51,000 nucleotides of DNA. Source: a virus. Lineage: Duplodnaviria; Caudoviricetes. Made by a program: the position numbers and the translations under genes. Below the pieces are notes generated by a model. It did no database searches. It saw only the letters and a program-made list of their open reading frames with translations, and was not told the origin of the DNA. Each line of letters opens with the position of its first letter. Within the stretch, counting starts at the first letter, position 1. Where the stretch lies: IMG/VR virus record IMGVR_UViG_3300020409_000025, positions 1-51,000 of that record; one strand, written 5' to 3'. Shown here piece by piece: positions 36,223-45,506 of the stretch.

Positions 36223-36548
36223 TGGCTTTTAAACCTACTACTGAATGGCTCGAGGCTGCCAAATTAAAGCCTGTTTCTTACAATACTGTATTATTCATCT
36301 GTGGTTTGATGAGTGAAGAACTTCCCAAGTCTTCAAAATACAAGTATTTTAATCAACTTAGAGCAACTATCCTTAGTGTTTCAAAAGGTACTACCTGCAA
36401 ACACACTGGGAAAAAAGGTACTTTCTCGCAACGTATGGCTCATGATTGGATTGAAAAAAATAAAAATCTTCCTTTCAAAAAACGCAAGTTGCCTAAGTTG
36501 ATTTCCGATAAATACACAAGGTTTCAGGAGAACCACACAGAAGAATAA
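36222..36548 (+). CDS. Hypothetical basic protein
   Basis: AGGAG SD; followed by a terminator. Confidence 0.7.
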   Translation: MAFKPTTEWLEAAKLKPVSYNTVLFICGLMSEELPKSSKYKYFNQLRATILSVSKGTTCKHTGKKGTFSQRMAHDWIEKNKNLPFKKRKLPKLISDKYTRFQENHTEE

Positions 36549-36561
36549 TCTTAAATCTTCT

Positions 36562-36591
36562 AAACCCCTCTAGTTTCTAGGGGGGTTTTTT
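36562..36591 (+). terminator. Rho-independent terminator
   Basis: CCCCTCTAG-ttt-CTAGGGGGG followed by T6. Confidence 0.8.
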
Positions 36592-37092
36592 GTCAGCCCC
36601 ACTAACTGCTAAAATGGGTTGCTACGCAACTCTTTTCACTGGGTCACACTTCGAGAAGTTGATAGACTTCCAAAGTTCTAAAACATAAAACCTCATGCTA
36701 CTTCAAATTAGCAAGTATCAAGTTCTCGAAGCAAAGAATGCTAAAGCATTGTTCCCTGTAGCAGTAAGTGCCCCTGAACCCCACCCAAAAGGCAAGTGAG
36801 GAACTGCTAACGCAGACTTTAATTATCTGATAAAGATACGCTAACGCTAACTTAATTTGGCTGTGACTTCTTGCTGCCAAGAAGCAACCACAACCTTTTT
36901 GAAAAAAGCTTGAGCAAAAACTTTTAAGAAGGGGTGAAGGGGATAGATAAACTTATTCAAGTCCTGATAGCCCTACCGAGTCTGAGGAGTTTATAGGTGT
37001 ACATCAACGCCCATCAAATCTCTTAAACTTTGTAAACTTGATAAGGACTTGTTTAGTTTGTCTGTTTAGGGATGACAAAGAGAAGATTTAAG

Positions 37093-37268
37093 TAGACATG
37101 GGTGGACTCTTTTAGCACTTCAAAGTTAATGAAATGCGAGTAGGAACTTTGAAGTGCTAAAATGGGGTGGTCACATTTTACTAGAACTTGTTAGTTTATA
37201 TAGTGTTGGGAAGGACTCCCAAGTTCTAGGGGGAGGCAGGAGACCACCCCAGTCCACCCATGTATCTA
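37093..37268. other. Y-shaped three-way-junction palindromic element
   Basis: Perfect nested stems of 13, 18, 9 and 10 bp. Confidence 0.7.
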
Positions 37269-37460
37269 TAGCATACTCATACAAAATCTAGCAGTTTCTC
37301 CGTCAACCAGATTTGCCCGTAAGTAGTTTACACTAACTTCAAAGGGGCTAGTTATTTTTAATCGGTATGGGTAGTTTTTGGGTGGGTGTTTTTGAGGTAA
37401 GTAGAACTACTTAGTTGCCCTCAGTAGTGGCTATATGCACCCGGGGGGAGCACTAAAGTT

Positions 37461-37489
37461 ATTATAGTGTTGGATTTTGATTTTGTCAA
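37461..37489 (-). promoter_or_regulatory. Perfect consensus sigma70 promoter pointing into the gene-free region
   Basis: TTGACA-17-TATAAT on the minus strand. Confidence 0.85.
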
Positions 37490-37494
37490 GAGGG

Positions 37495-37523
37495 TTGACA
37501 AATTTATTTCCGAAGTATATACT
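37495..37523 (+). promoter_or_regulatory. Sigma70 promoter of the packaging/structural arm
   Basis: TTGACA-17-TATACT; the predicted +1 coincides with the ATG at 37530. Confidence 0.85.
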
Positions 37524-37529
37524 AAGCCT

Positions 37530-37964
37530 ATGGCAATGTTACCAACTCAGTCTAATCAGACCCAAAGAAAACTTACAGAAAAACAGCAATCCTTTTTGGA
37601 ACACCTTGTTGAAACGCAAGGAGATGCTAAAAAGGCTGCTGAGTTAGCAGGTTATACAAGTCACTATCATCATGTGGTTAAGACCCTCAAGAATGAAATA
37701 CTTGAACTAACTCAGGAAATCTTGGCAAACTCTGCACCTAAAGCAGCATTTAAGCTTGTCGAGATTATGGAGTCTAATCGACCTATAGTACAGGCTAATA
37801 ATAAATTATCAGCAGCTCAAACACTGTTGGATAGGGTTGGAGTTAGTAAAATAGATAAGTTAGACGTTAATCACAACTTAAACAGTGGTATCTTTGTCAT
37901 GCCTGATAAAGCCCCACTGGATTTACCAGAGGAAGATTATGAAGATATTTCTGACAGAGATTGA
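37530..37964 (+). CDS. terS: Terminase small subunit (putative)
   Basis: LTEKQQSFL...AAELAGY helix-turn-helix and AAQTLLDRVG motifs; head of the packaging operon. Confidence 0.75.
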   Translation: MAMLPTQSNQTQRKLTEKQQSFLEHLVETQGDAKKAAELAGYTSHYHHVVKTLKNEILELTQEILANSAPKAAFKLVEIMESNRPIVQANNKLSAAQTLLDRVGVSKIDKLDVNHNLNSGIFVMPDKAPLDLPEEDYEDISDRD

Positions 37965-38145
37965 AGAAAAAGGCAAAAAGTATGCAGGACCTAATATAGT
38001 TGCCGAAAACTTAGCAGAAGCTGAGGAAGCAGCTAAAGCAAATAACTTAGTAGTAGTAGGAGAGTTTGTTGAGTTGGTTGTTGGTAGTGGGTTAATGCAT
38101 TATTTAGAAGAAGAAATACACAACAAAGATAGGGTGTTACACTAA
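37939..38145 (+). CDS. Hypothetical protein
   Basis: GAGG SD before MKIFLTE. Confidence 0.65.
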   Translation: MKIFLTEIEEKGKKYAGPNIVAENLAEAEEAAKANNLVVVGEFVELVVGSGLMHYLEEEIHNKDRVLH

Positions 38146-38333
38146 TGGCAGCAAAAAAGAAAAAGAAAAGTACAGTAAACAAAGCAGGTAACTACACAAA
38201 ACCTACTATGCGTAAAAGATTATTTAATAAAATTAAAGCTGGTAGTAAAGGTGGTAAGCCCGGTCAATGGTCTGCTCGTAAAGCTCAGATGTTAGCTAAA
38301 CAATACAAAGCTGCTGGTGGTGGTTATAAATAA
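38145..38333 (+). CDS. Small basic protein (DUF5872-like, N-terminal half)
   Basis: NYTKPTMRKRLF...GGKPGQWSARKAQMLAKQYKAAGGGY. Confidence 0.7.
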   Translation: MAAKKKKKSTVNKAGNYTKPTMRKRLFNKIKAGSKGGKPGQWSARKAQMLAKQYKAAGGGYK

Positions 38334-38423
38334 TGAGTCGCCCTCAACAAACACAAGAAGTAAACTTTGTTGAACTTAAAGAACTAATTAGGCAACAACA
38401 GCTACAAAGTAATAATTAAAACT

Positions 38424-38672
38424 ATGGCACTAAAAAAGTCACAAAGAAGTCTTAGAGCTTGGACAAAACAAAAATGGCGAACTAAGTCAGGTAAAAAGTC
38501 TTCAGAGACTGGAGAACGTTATTTACCTGAAAAAGCTATTAAAAGTCTTACTCCGCAGGAGTACGCTGCAACTTCTCGAAAAAAACGCAAAGATACCAAA
38601 AAAGGTAAACAACATTCTAAACAACCTAAACGAGTTGCTAAGAAAGTACGCAAATATAGGAAAGTATCATGA
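38424..38672 (+). CDS. Small basic protein (DUF5872-like, C-terminal half)
   Basis: QRSLRAWTKQKWRTKSG...GERYLPEKA. Confidence 0.7.
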   Translation: MALKKSQRSLRAWTKQKWRTKSGKKSSETGERYLPEKAIKSLTPQEYAATSRKKRKDTKKGKQHSKQPKRVAKKVRKYRKVS

Positions 38673-38974
38673 GTAAAAAAGACCCAAGACTTGCCAGAGC
38701 TGGAGTTTCAGGTTATAATAAACCTAAAAGAACTCCCGGGCATAAAACTAAATCACATATAGTTGTTGCTAAGGAAGGCGATAAAATAAAAACTATTCGT
38801 TTTGGACAACAAGGTAAAAAGGTTGGTACAGTAAAAGGTACAGCAGGTAAACCTAAAAAAGGAGAATCTGCAAGAATGAAAGCTAAACGTAGAAGTTTTA
38901 AAGCTCGTCATGCTAAAAATATTAAAAAAGGTAAGATGTCAGCAGCATATTGGGCTGACAAAGTAAAATGGTAA
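38669..38974 (+). CDS. Small basic conserved phage protein
   Basis: NKPKRTP...IRFGQQG...RRSFKARH...SAAYWADKVKW. Confidence 0.75.
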   Translation: MSKKDPRLARAGVSGYNKPKRTPGHKTKSHIVVAKEGDKIKTIRFGQQGKKVGTVKGTAGKPKKGESARMKAKRRSFKARHAKNIKKGKMSAAYWADKVKW

Positions 38975-39028
38975 AACTAACAGAAAAAGAAATACAACTT
39001 ATAAACAATATACTAACTGAAGATTAAA

Positions 39029-39181
39029 ATGCCACTTGCAGGAACATTTAAAGTAAAATCAGCAGCTAAACGTAATCGCATGGCTCGTAATAAAGCTCGA
39101 GGTCAAGTGGTTAGTGATGAACAAATTGCTGATAACTGGGATAAAATTTTTAATAAAACTAAAACACAGGAGCAAAAATGA
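39029..39181 (+). CDS. Small hypothetical protein (NWDKIF motif)
   Basis: 50-aa ORF, ATGA-coupled to the next gene. Confidence 0.5.
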   Translation: MPLAGTFKVKSAAKRNRMARNKARGQVVSDEQIADNWDKIFNKTKTQEQK

Positions 39182-39327
39182 TAGATGTAGATTTAGTCAT
39201 TATTGTATTAATAATGTTAGGAGTTGGTATTTTCGCTATTAAAGCTAAATACCCACAAAAATATGAAGAAGTTAAAGAAATTTTACAGGACTACTGGGAA
39301 AATCTTAAAACTTATTTCGATAAATAA
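39178..39327 (+). CDS. Small membrane protein (49 aa)
   Basis: AGGAG SD and an N-terminal transmembrane helix. Confidence 0.55.
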   Translation: MIDVDLVIIVLIMLGVGIFAIKAKYPQKYEEVKEILQDYWENLKTYFDK

Positions 39328-39332
39328 TTGTA

Positions 39333-39602
39333 ATGGATATATTACCTGACGGTTATATTCGTAAAAAATCCTCAACCATACCTTTTGGGTATGAAGAGGA
39401 TGGTATGATTGAAGGCTATTTAAAACCTATCCCTCAACAATTATCAGTACTAAAAGAAGTAGCTGAAGCTGTATTTCATGGTGAAATTAGTTTAGGTATT
39501 GGAGTTGATTGGTTAGAAGCTGAAACAGGTAAGAAACTTTCTCGTATGGGTTTAAAAAAATATGTAGATAGGAAGTATGGAAGATTGGGAAAAAAATCCT
39601 GA
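39333..39602 (+). CDS. Hypothetical DNA-binding protein (IPFGY motif) upstream of TerL
   Basis: STIPFGY...WLEAETGKKLSRMGLKK. Confidence 0.65.
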   Translation: MDILPDGYIRKKSSTIPFGYEEDGMIEGYLKPIPQQLSVLKEVAEAVFHGEISLGIGVDWLEAETGKKLSRMGLKKYVDRKYGRLGKKS

Positions 39603-41223
39603 AAAGTACTTGACAAACCCTGATGGGAGCTATATACTTAACAAAGACGGTACTCCACGTAAAAAAGGTGGTAGACCTAAGAACTCAGAATTATCTGATA
39701 TTCAATTAGCTTTAAAAGCTAAAAAGAAATTAGATAGAAAAAGTACTAAAGTAAAAAAGCTAACTAGAAGTTTAGCAAAAGTAAAAAAAGAAGTAGAAGC
39801 AGAAACTAAAGCTTTAACTTCTAATGTTCTTACTAAAGAAGAAACAAAAGTTCTTCCAAATGAATTACAAGAACATTTAGATACTACTGGGTCTCATGTG
39901 GCATTTATGCCGAATGATGGACCACAGACAGATTTTTTAGCTGCAGCCGAAAAGGATGTACTTTATGGTGGAGCAGCAGGTGGTGGTAAAAGCTTTGCAA
40001 TGCTTATCGACCCACTAAGGTATTGTGATAAGTCAGCTCATCGAGCTTTAATACTTAGAAGGTCAATGCCAGAGCTTAGAGAGCTTATAGATAAATCTAG
40101 GGAATTGTACCCAAAAGCATTTTCCGGAGCTAAGTTTAGAGAAGTAGAAAAGTTATGGAACTTTCCTTCAGGAGCTAAAATAGAATTTGGATTTTTGGAA
40201 CGAGATGCAGATGTGTACCGTTATCAAGGACAAGCTTATAGTTGGATTGGTTTTGATGAAATAACACATTTACCAACAGAGTTTGGTTGGAACTATCTAG
40301 CATCTAGGTTAAGAACAACCGACCCAGCACTGCCAACGTATTTACGTTGCACGGCTAACCCCGGAGGAGTTGGTGCACATTGGGTTAAAAAAAGGTATGT
40401 TGAACCTTCAGACCACAATAAAACATTTGTTGGTAATGATGGTTTAACTAGAAAGTTTATTCCAGCAAGATTACAGGATAATCCTTTTCTTGCAGAAGAC
40501 GGAGAGTATGAAAGAATGTTACTCTCGTTACCAGCAGTACAGCGAAAGCAACTGCTAGAGGGTAACTGGGATATTAGTGAAGGTGCAGCCTTTGCTGAGT
40601 TTGACCCTAACATTCATGTCATACCACCTTTTGATATTCCTACATGGTGGGAAAGAACAAAAGGAATTGACTACGGTTATGCTTCGGAAAGTTGTTGTCT
40701 TTGGGCAGCAGTAGACCCAGAAGATAAAACGATTATAGTTTATCGAGAACTATATCAAAAAGGTCTTACTGGTGAAGTTTTAGGTGATAGAATAACTGAT
40801 TTAGAAATGAATGAAGTTAAATCTATTACTGGAGTTTTAGATACTGCAGCGTGGTCAAGAACAGGATATACAGGTCCTACGATTGGTGAAATACTAATTA
40901 AAAAAGGACATAAACTCAGAAGAGCTGATAAAAATAGAATAGCTGGTAAAATACAAATACACGAACATTTGCGACAAAATAACGAAACAGGTAGACCAAG
41001 ATTGCAAATAACAAGTAGTTGTGTTAATTTAATAAAAGAATTACAAAGTCTACCATTAGCGAGTTCTAATCCAGAGGATGTAGATACTCATTCGGCTGAC
41101 CATGCTTATGATGCTTTGCGTTATATGATTATGGGTAGACCTAAATTAGACCATCCTTATGATAGGATGTTAAGAATAAAAACATCTGGATATGTACCTT
41201 CAGATGATAAATTTGGATATTAA
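39577..41223 (+). CDS. terL: Terminase large subunit
   Basis: Walker A GGAAGGGKS, Walker B IGFDE, TANPGG, nuclease IDYG and DHAYDALRY motifs. Confidence 0.95.
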   Translation: MEDWEKNPEKYLTNPDGSYILNKDGTPRKKGGRPKNSELSDIQLALKAKKKLDRKSTKVKKLTRSLAKVKKEVEAETKALTSNVLTKEETKVLPNELQEHLDTTGSHVAFMPNDGPQTDFLAAAEKDVLYGGAAGGGKSFAMLIDPLRYCDKSAHRALILRRSMPELRELIDKSRELYPKAFSGAKFREVEKLWNFPSGAKIEFGFLERDADVYRYQGQAYSWIGFDEITHLPTEFGWNYLASRLRTTDPALPTYLRCTANPGGVGAHWVKKRYVEPSDHNKTFVGNDGLTRKFIPARLQDNPFLAEDGEYERMLLSLPAVQRKQLLEGNWDISEGAAFAEFDPNIHVIPPFDIPTWWERTKGIDYGYASESCCLWAAVDPEDKTIIVYRELYQKGLTGEVLGDRITDLEMNEVKSITGVLDTAAWSRTGYTGPTIGEILIKKGHKLRRADKNRIAGKIQIHEHLRQNNETGRPRLQITSSCVNLIKELQSLPLASSNPEDVDTHSADHAYDALRYMIMGRPKLDHPYDRMLRIKTSGYVPSDDKFGY

Positions 41224-43451
41224 TGGCAGACAACGAAAATACATTTTTAAACGCAGATAATATCTACGAAGAAGTAGAGGGTGAAGCTGGTAAAAATTTA
41301 AATTTAGAAGAAGACCAACGTATGAATTTAGTTGGTACTATTCTTGATAGATTTTATAAAGCAGAAGATGCTCGAAAGTCTGATGAACGTAGATGGTTAA
41401 GAAGTTATGAAAACTATCGTGGACTTTATGGTAAAACTGTAAAGTTTAGAGAATCTGAAAAATCCAGAATATTTGTTAAGATAACTAAAACAAAAGTACT
41501 TGCTGCTTTTGGACAGTTAGTAGATGTTATCTTTGGTACAGGTAAATTTCCTATAGGTATTGCTGAAACTAAATTACCAGAAGGTGATAAAGAAGATGCC
41601 TTTCTAGATGTTAATAATCCTAATCCTTCAATAGAATCTGGTAATATACCTGATAATATTGGTAATAGAATAGAAGATGAACCAGTTGAAAGTATTTATG
41701 CTTATGGTTATGAAGGAGATGGTAAAGTTTTAAAACCCGGTGCTACTATTGGTACTGGTATGTTTGAAAAAAGTATTGAAGAACTAGCTGATGAAGCTGG
41801 TATTTTAAAAGAAGGTTTAACACCTGACCCATCTATTATGGAAATATCTCCAGCACAAAGAGCTGCGAGAAGAATGGAAAAATTAATCCATGACCAAATA
41901 GAAGAATCTAATGGTTCATCGGAAATAAGAAATGCACTTTTAGAATCTGCATTACTTGGTACAGGTATTGTTAAAGGTCCATTTAATTTTAATAAAACTT
42001 TAAATAGATGGACTTATGATGAAGAAGGGGAAAGAAAATTTAATCCTCTAGAAGTTAGAGTACCGAGAATAGAATTTGTAAGCTGTTGGGATTTTTATCC
42101 AGACCCTGCAGCAACTAACATAGATGAATGTGAATATGTAATACATAGACACAAAATGAATCGTAGTCAACTAAGGCAGTTAAGAAACATGCCTTTCTTT
42201 GATAAAGAAGCTATTAGAGAATGTTTAAGACTAGGAGCTAACTACGAAGAAAAAAGTTTTGAAGCTCAACTAAAAGATGATTCTACTGTTGATGAAGAAT
42301 ACTCTTCAAACTTTGAAGTCCTTGAATACTGGGGTATTATGGATGCAGAGTATGCTAGAGAAGTTGGTATTGATTTACCTGATAGTGTAGATGATTTAGA
42401 TGAGATACAGATAAATGCATGGATATGTGGTAGTAAATTATTACGAGCAGTAATAAATCCATTTACACCTTATCGTATTCCATACAATGCTTTTCCTTAT
42501 GAAAGAAACCCCTATAACTTTTTTGGTATAGGTATCGCTGAGAATATGGATGATTCTCAACAGATTATGAATGGTCATGCTCGGATGGCTATTGATAATT
42601 TAGCATTAGCTGGTTCATTAGTATTTGATGTTGATGAATCAGCTCTTGTTGGTGGACAAAATATGGAAATATATCCGGGTAAGATATTTAGAAGACAAGC
42701 AGGAGTACCGGGTCAATCTATATATGGCTTGAAGTTTCCTAACACTGCACCAGAAAACATGATGATGTTTGATAGGTTTAGACAGTTAGCAGATGAACAA
42801 ACAGGTATTCCTAGTTACTCACATGGACAAACTGGAGTACAAAGCATGACTCGAACTGCTTCTGGTATGTCAATGTTACTAGGAGCTGCTAGTTTAAATA
42901 TTAAAACAGTTATTAAAAATCTTGATGACTTTTTATTAAAACCATTAGGAGAGGCTTACTTTCAGTGGAACATGCAGTTCTTTGAAGGTGAGGTAGATGT
43001 GGTAGGTGATTTAGAAGTTAAGGCAACTGGTACAAATAGTTTAATGCAGAAAGAAGTTAGAAGTCAAAGACTTACAATGTTCTTACAAACTGCACAAAAT
43101 CCAACTATTGCACCATTTGTTAAAATATCTAAATTGGTTAGTGAACTTGCCTATAGCTTAGACTTAGACCCTGATGAAATTTTAAATGACCCAGAAGAAG
43201 CAGCTATGATGGCACAAATTATAGGAATGCAAAATGCTGGACAAAACACAGGCGAGGAAGCTCAACCCGGTAGTGAACAACCCACAGGTATGGGAGGTGC
43301 TGGTGGAGTACCTCAAGGAACGCAAAATGTTGGAGTTACAGGCACTGGCGGTGGCAACATCGGAATCGGAAATGTTCCGGTTGCAGGGGAAGATAGCTTC
43401 TCTGGTACACTTAGAGGCTCTGCCCCAACAGGTCAAGGAAGCTCTGAATAG
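41223..43451 (+). CDS. Portal protein
   Basis: Follows TerL; SCWDFYPDP, FFGIGI and RTASGMSML motifs; Gly/Gln-rich tail. Confidence 0.85.
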   Translation: MADNENTFLNADNIYEEVEGEAGKNLNLEEDQRMNLVGTILDRFYKAEDARKSDERRWLRSYENYRGLYGKTVKFRESEKSRIFVKITKTKVLAAFGQLVDVIFGTGKFPIGIAETKLPEGDKEDAFLDVNNPNPSIESGNIPDNIGNRIEDEPVESIYAYGYEGDGKVLKPGATIGTGMFEKSIEELADEAGILKEGLTPDPSIMEISPAQRAARRMEKLIHDQIEESNGSSEIRNALLESALLGTGIVKGPFNFNKTLNRWTYDEEGERKFNPLEVRVPRIEFVSCWDFYPDPAATNIDECEYVIHRHKMNRSQLRQLRNMPFFDKEAIRECLRLGANYEEKSFEAQLKDDSTVDEEYSSNFEVLEYWGIMDAEYAREVGIDLPDSVDDLDEIQINAWICGSKLLRAVINPFTPYRIPYNAFPYERNPYNFFGIGIAENMDDSQQIMNGHARMAIDNLALAGSLVFDVDESALVGGQNMEIYPGKIFRRQAGVPGQSIYGLKFPNTAPENMMMFDRFRQLADEQTGIPSYSHGQTGVQSMTRTASGMSMLLGAASLNIKTVIKNLDDFLLKPLGEAYFQWNMQFFEGEVDVVGDLEVKATGTNSLMQKEVRSQRLTMFLQTAQNPTIAPFVKISKLVSELAYSLDLDPDEILNDPEEAAMMAQIIGMQNAGQNTGEEAQPGSEQPTGMGGAGGVPQGTQNVGVTGTGGGNIGIGNVPVAGEDSFSGTLRGSAPTGQGSSE

Positions 43452-43466
43452 AATAGAGGAATAAAT

Positions 43467-45380
43467 ATGGCTAAAGGAATATTATCAGACAATAGATTTG
43501 GAGAAAAAGAAATTCCAATCGATTTTAGAGAAGAGTTTAATAAAGGTAATAAAGCCGATAGTGTTGGTTCTAAAATATTAAAAGTTTTATCTTCTCCTGT
43601 AAACTTTATTGCAAAGTTAGGTAAACTTCAATTTGATGCATCAAAAGATGCAAACGATAGACTTAAAGAAAAAATTTCAACCTCATATGATAATAGACTT
43701 GATTTAGTTACAAAATCTTTGCCAGTTATAAAAGGAACTAAATCTATAGATGAATTAAAAAAAGAACTAAAAGAACTTTATGATAGTGATTTTATTAAAG
43801 ATGACAGACAATATAGAGCATTAATTAATAATTATTTTTATCATTTTAAAAATAAACATTTACCTAATTTTCAAAAAGAAATAGCAAAAACAGGTAAAAT
43901 GCCAAAAGATGTTGTAAAGTATTTTGATGACTATGAAGCTTTTAGAAATAGTAATAAATATAAAAATCCTTATGCTGTTAAATATACAAGACCTGATTTA
44001 ACTCTTCCAAGTTCTCGAGATACAAAACAAGAAGGTGGATTACTTTCAGACGACAGAGAAAAGTTTGTATTTGGTGCGAGTGCATTAGCTAAAATGATAA
44101 ATAATTTAATTAAAAAATCTCCTAAAAATAAAGATAAACTTATAGGTATTTCTCCAAAAGATTTAAAAAATCTTTCTTCTGCAGACTTAGATGCAATACG
44201 AAAAGAAACTACTGATATTATTAGAGAATATAAAACTGACCCAAGTCCAAATGCTAGAAGTGACCAGAGATTAGAAGAATTAAATTTTATAGAAGATTTT
44301 TTTGAAGATATAGAAGTAGAACAGTATTTAAGAGAAAATCCTACAGTTAAAAGAGCTGATGCATTAGAACAAATTCGTTTTCGTAATGCTGAACAAGAAG
44401 CTGAAGATTTAGGCATTGAAGCTGCTGAAATAGCAATGGAAAAAGCAGAAAGAGCTAAAAAACAAGATGGTGGTTTATTAAATCCTGAAAAAGCTGATTT
44501 AGATAATGATGGTGAACTATCATCTTATGAAAAAGCTAGAGGCGAAGCTATCGAAGAAAACATGCGTGATAAAAAAGCTATAGGTGGTGGACTTCTTGGT
44601 GGAATGTTTGGAAAGGTAATAAATGCAATAAGAACTAATCCTCAAGCCAGACAAAAACTTGGTATGCCTGAATTAGAAACAGATGAATATGGACAATTAA
44701 AACCCTTACCTCCAGCAAGAATAAGTGCACAAGTAGGTGGCATGATGATGGATGACCAAATGGCAGACATGATGGAAACAGAAGAAACATCTGATATGGA
44801 TAATCAAATGGCAGATATGATGCCAGAAGAAAAAACAGCAGAACAAAAAGCTATTGAAGAAGCACAAGCTCCAGATGAACAAATGGAAGAAAACTATGTA
44901 GACTTTTTAATAGATGAAGCATTAGATGATGAAGAAGAAGAAATGCTAATGAAAGAATTACAAGCAAATCCAAAACTTAGTATGTTGTTTGACAAAGTTA
45001 TGGAAGTTGCAATGGAATTTTCAGGCTCAGGACCTGTTGAAGGTCCGGGGTCAGAAGTCTCCGACAGTATACCCGCAAGGCTATCTGACGGTGAATTTGT
45101 CTTTACTGCAAAGGCTGTAGATGTTTTAGGAGTTGACAATTTAATGTCACTAATGAAACAAGCTGAAGCTCAAGCAGACGAAAGACAAACAGCTCAAGAC
45201 GGTGGGCTAATGGAAGAAGAAGAAACTGTTATGCCGGTTCAACAAGAACCAGTAAGACAGGATATTCGAGTTACCAAAGAAACAGTTGGTTCTCAAGCTA
45301 GTATGCAAGAGGAAGACGATTTAGTTGGTGATGAGATTAAAAAATCTATGCTTTCTAATAGACCATACGTTAGAAGCTAG
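43467..45380 (+). CDS. Putative head-associated protein with repeated xxxGG motifs, a DxDxDG loop and an SDSIPARLSDGEFV domain
   Basis: Lies between portal and scaffold; motifs are visible in the translation. Confidence 0.6.
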   Translation: MAKGILSDNRFGEKEIPIDFREEFNKGNKADSVGSKILKVLSSPVNFIAKLGKLQFDASKDANDRLKEKISTSYDNRLDLVTKSLPVIKGTKSIDELKKELKELYDSDFIKDDRQYRALINNYFYHFKNKHLPNFQKEIAKTGKMPKDVVKYFDDYEAFRNSNKYKNPYAVKYTRPDLTLPSSRDTKQEGGLLSDDREKFVFGASALAKMINNLIKKSPKNKDKLIGISPKDLKNLSSADLDAIRKETTDIIREYKTDPSPNARSDQRLEELNFIEDFFEDIEVEQYLRENPTVKRADALEQIRFRNAEQEAEDLGIEAAEIAMEKAERAKKQDGGLLNPEKADLDNDGELSSYEKARGEAIEENMRDKKAIGGGLLGGMFGKVINAIRTNPQARQKLGMPELETDEYGQLKPLPPARISAQVGGMMMDDQMADMMETEETSDMDNQMADMMPEEKTAEQKAIEEAQAPDEQMEENYVDFLIDEALDDEEEEMLMKELQANPKLSMLFDKVMEVAMEFSGSGPVEGPGSEVSDSIPARLSDGEFVFTAKAVDVLGVDNLMSLMKQAEAQADERQTAQDGGLMEEEETVMPVQQEPVRQDIRVTKETVGSQASMQEEDDLVGDEIKKSMLSNRPYVRS

Positions 45381-45382
45381 GC

Positions 45383-45492
45383 GATAAAGCTACCCTGTTT
45401 ACAGGCACTTTATCTTATTTAAACTGAAAGGCGACCTTTACAAGACAAGCCCTGCAAGTGCACACGCAGCTACCTTGTTAAACGAAGCCCTG
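45383..45492 (+). promoter_or_regulatory. Structured leader of the scaffold gene with three GC(T/G)ACC...GC(A/C)C modules
   Basis: Three similar internal-loop hairpins ending just before the AGGAG SD. Confidence 0.5.
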
Positions 45493-45506
45493 AGTAGGAG
45501 TACAAA

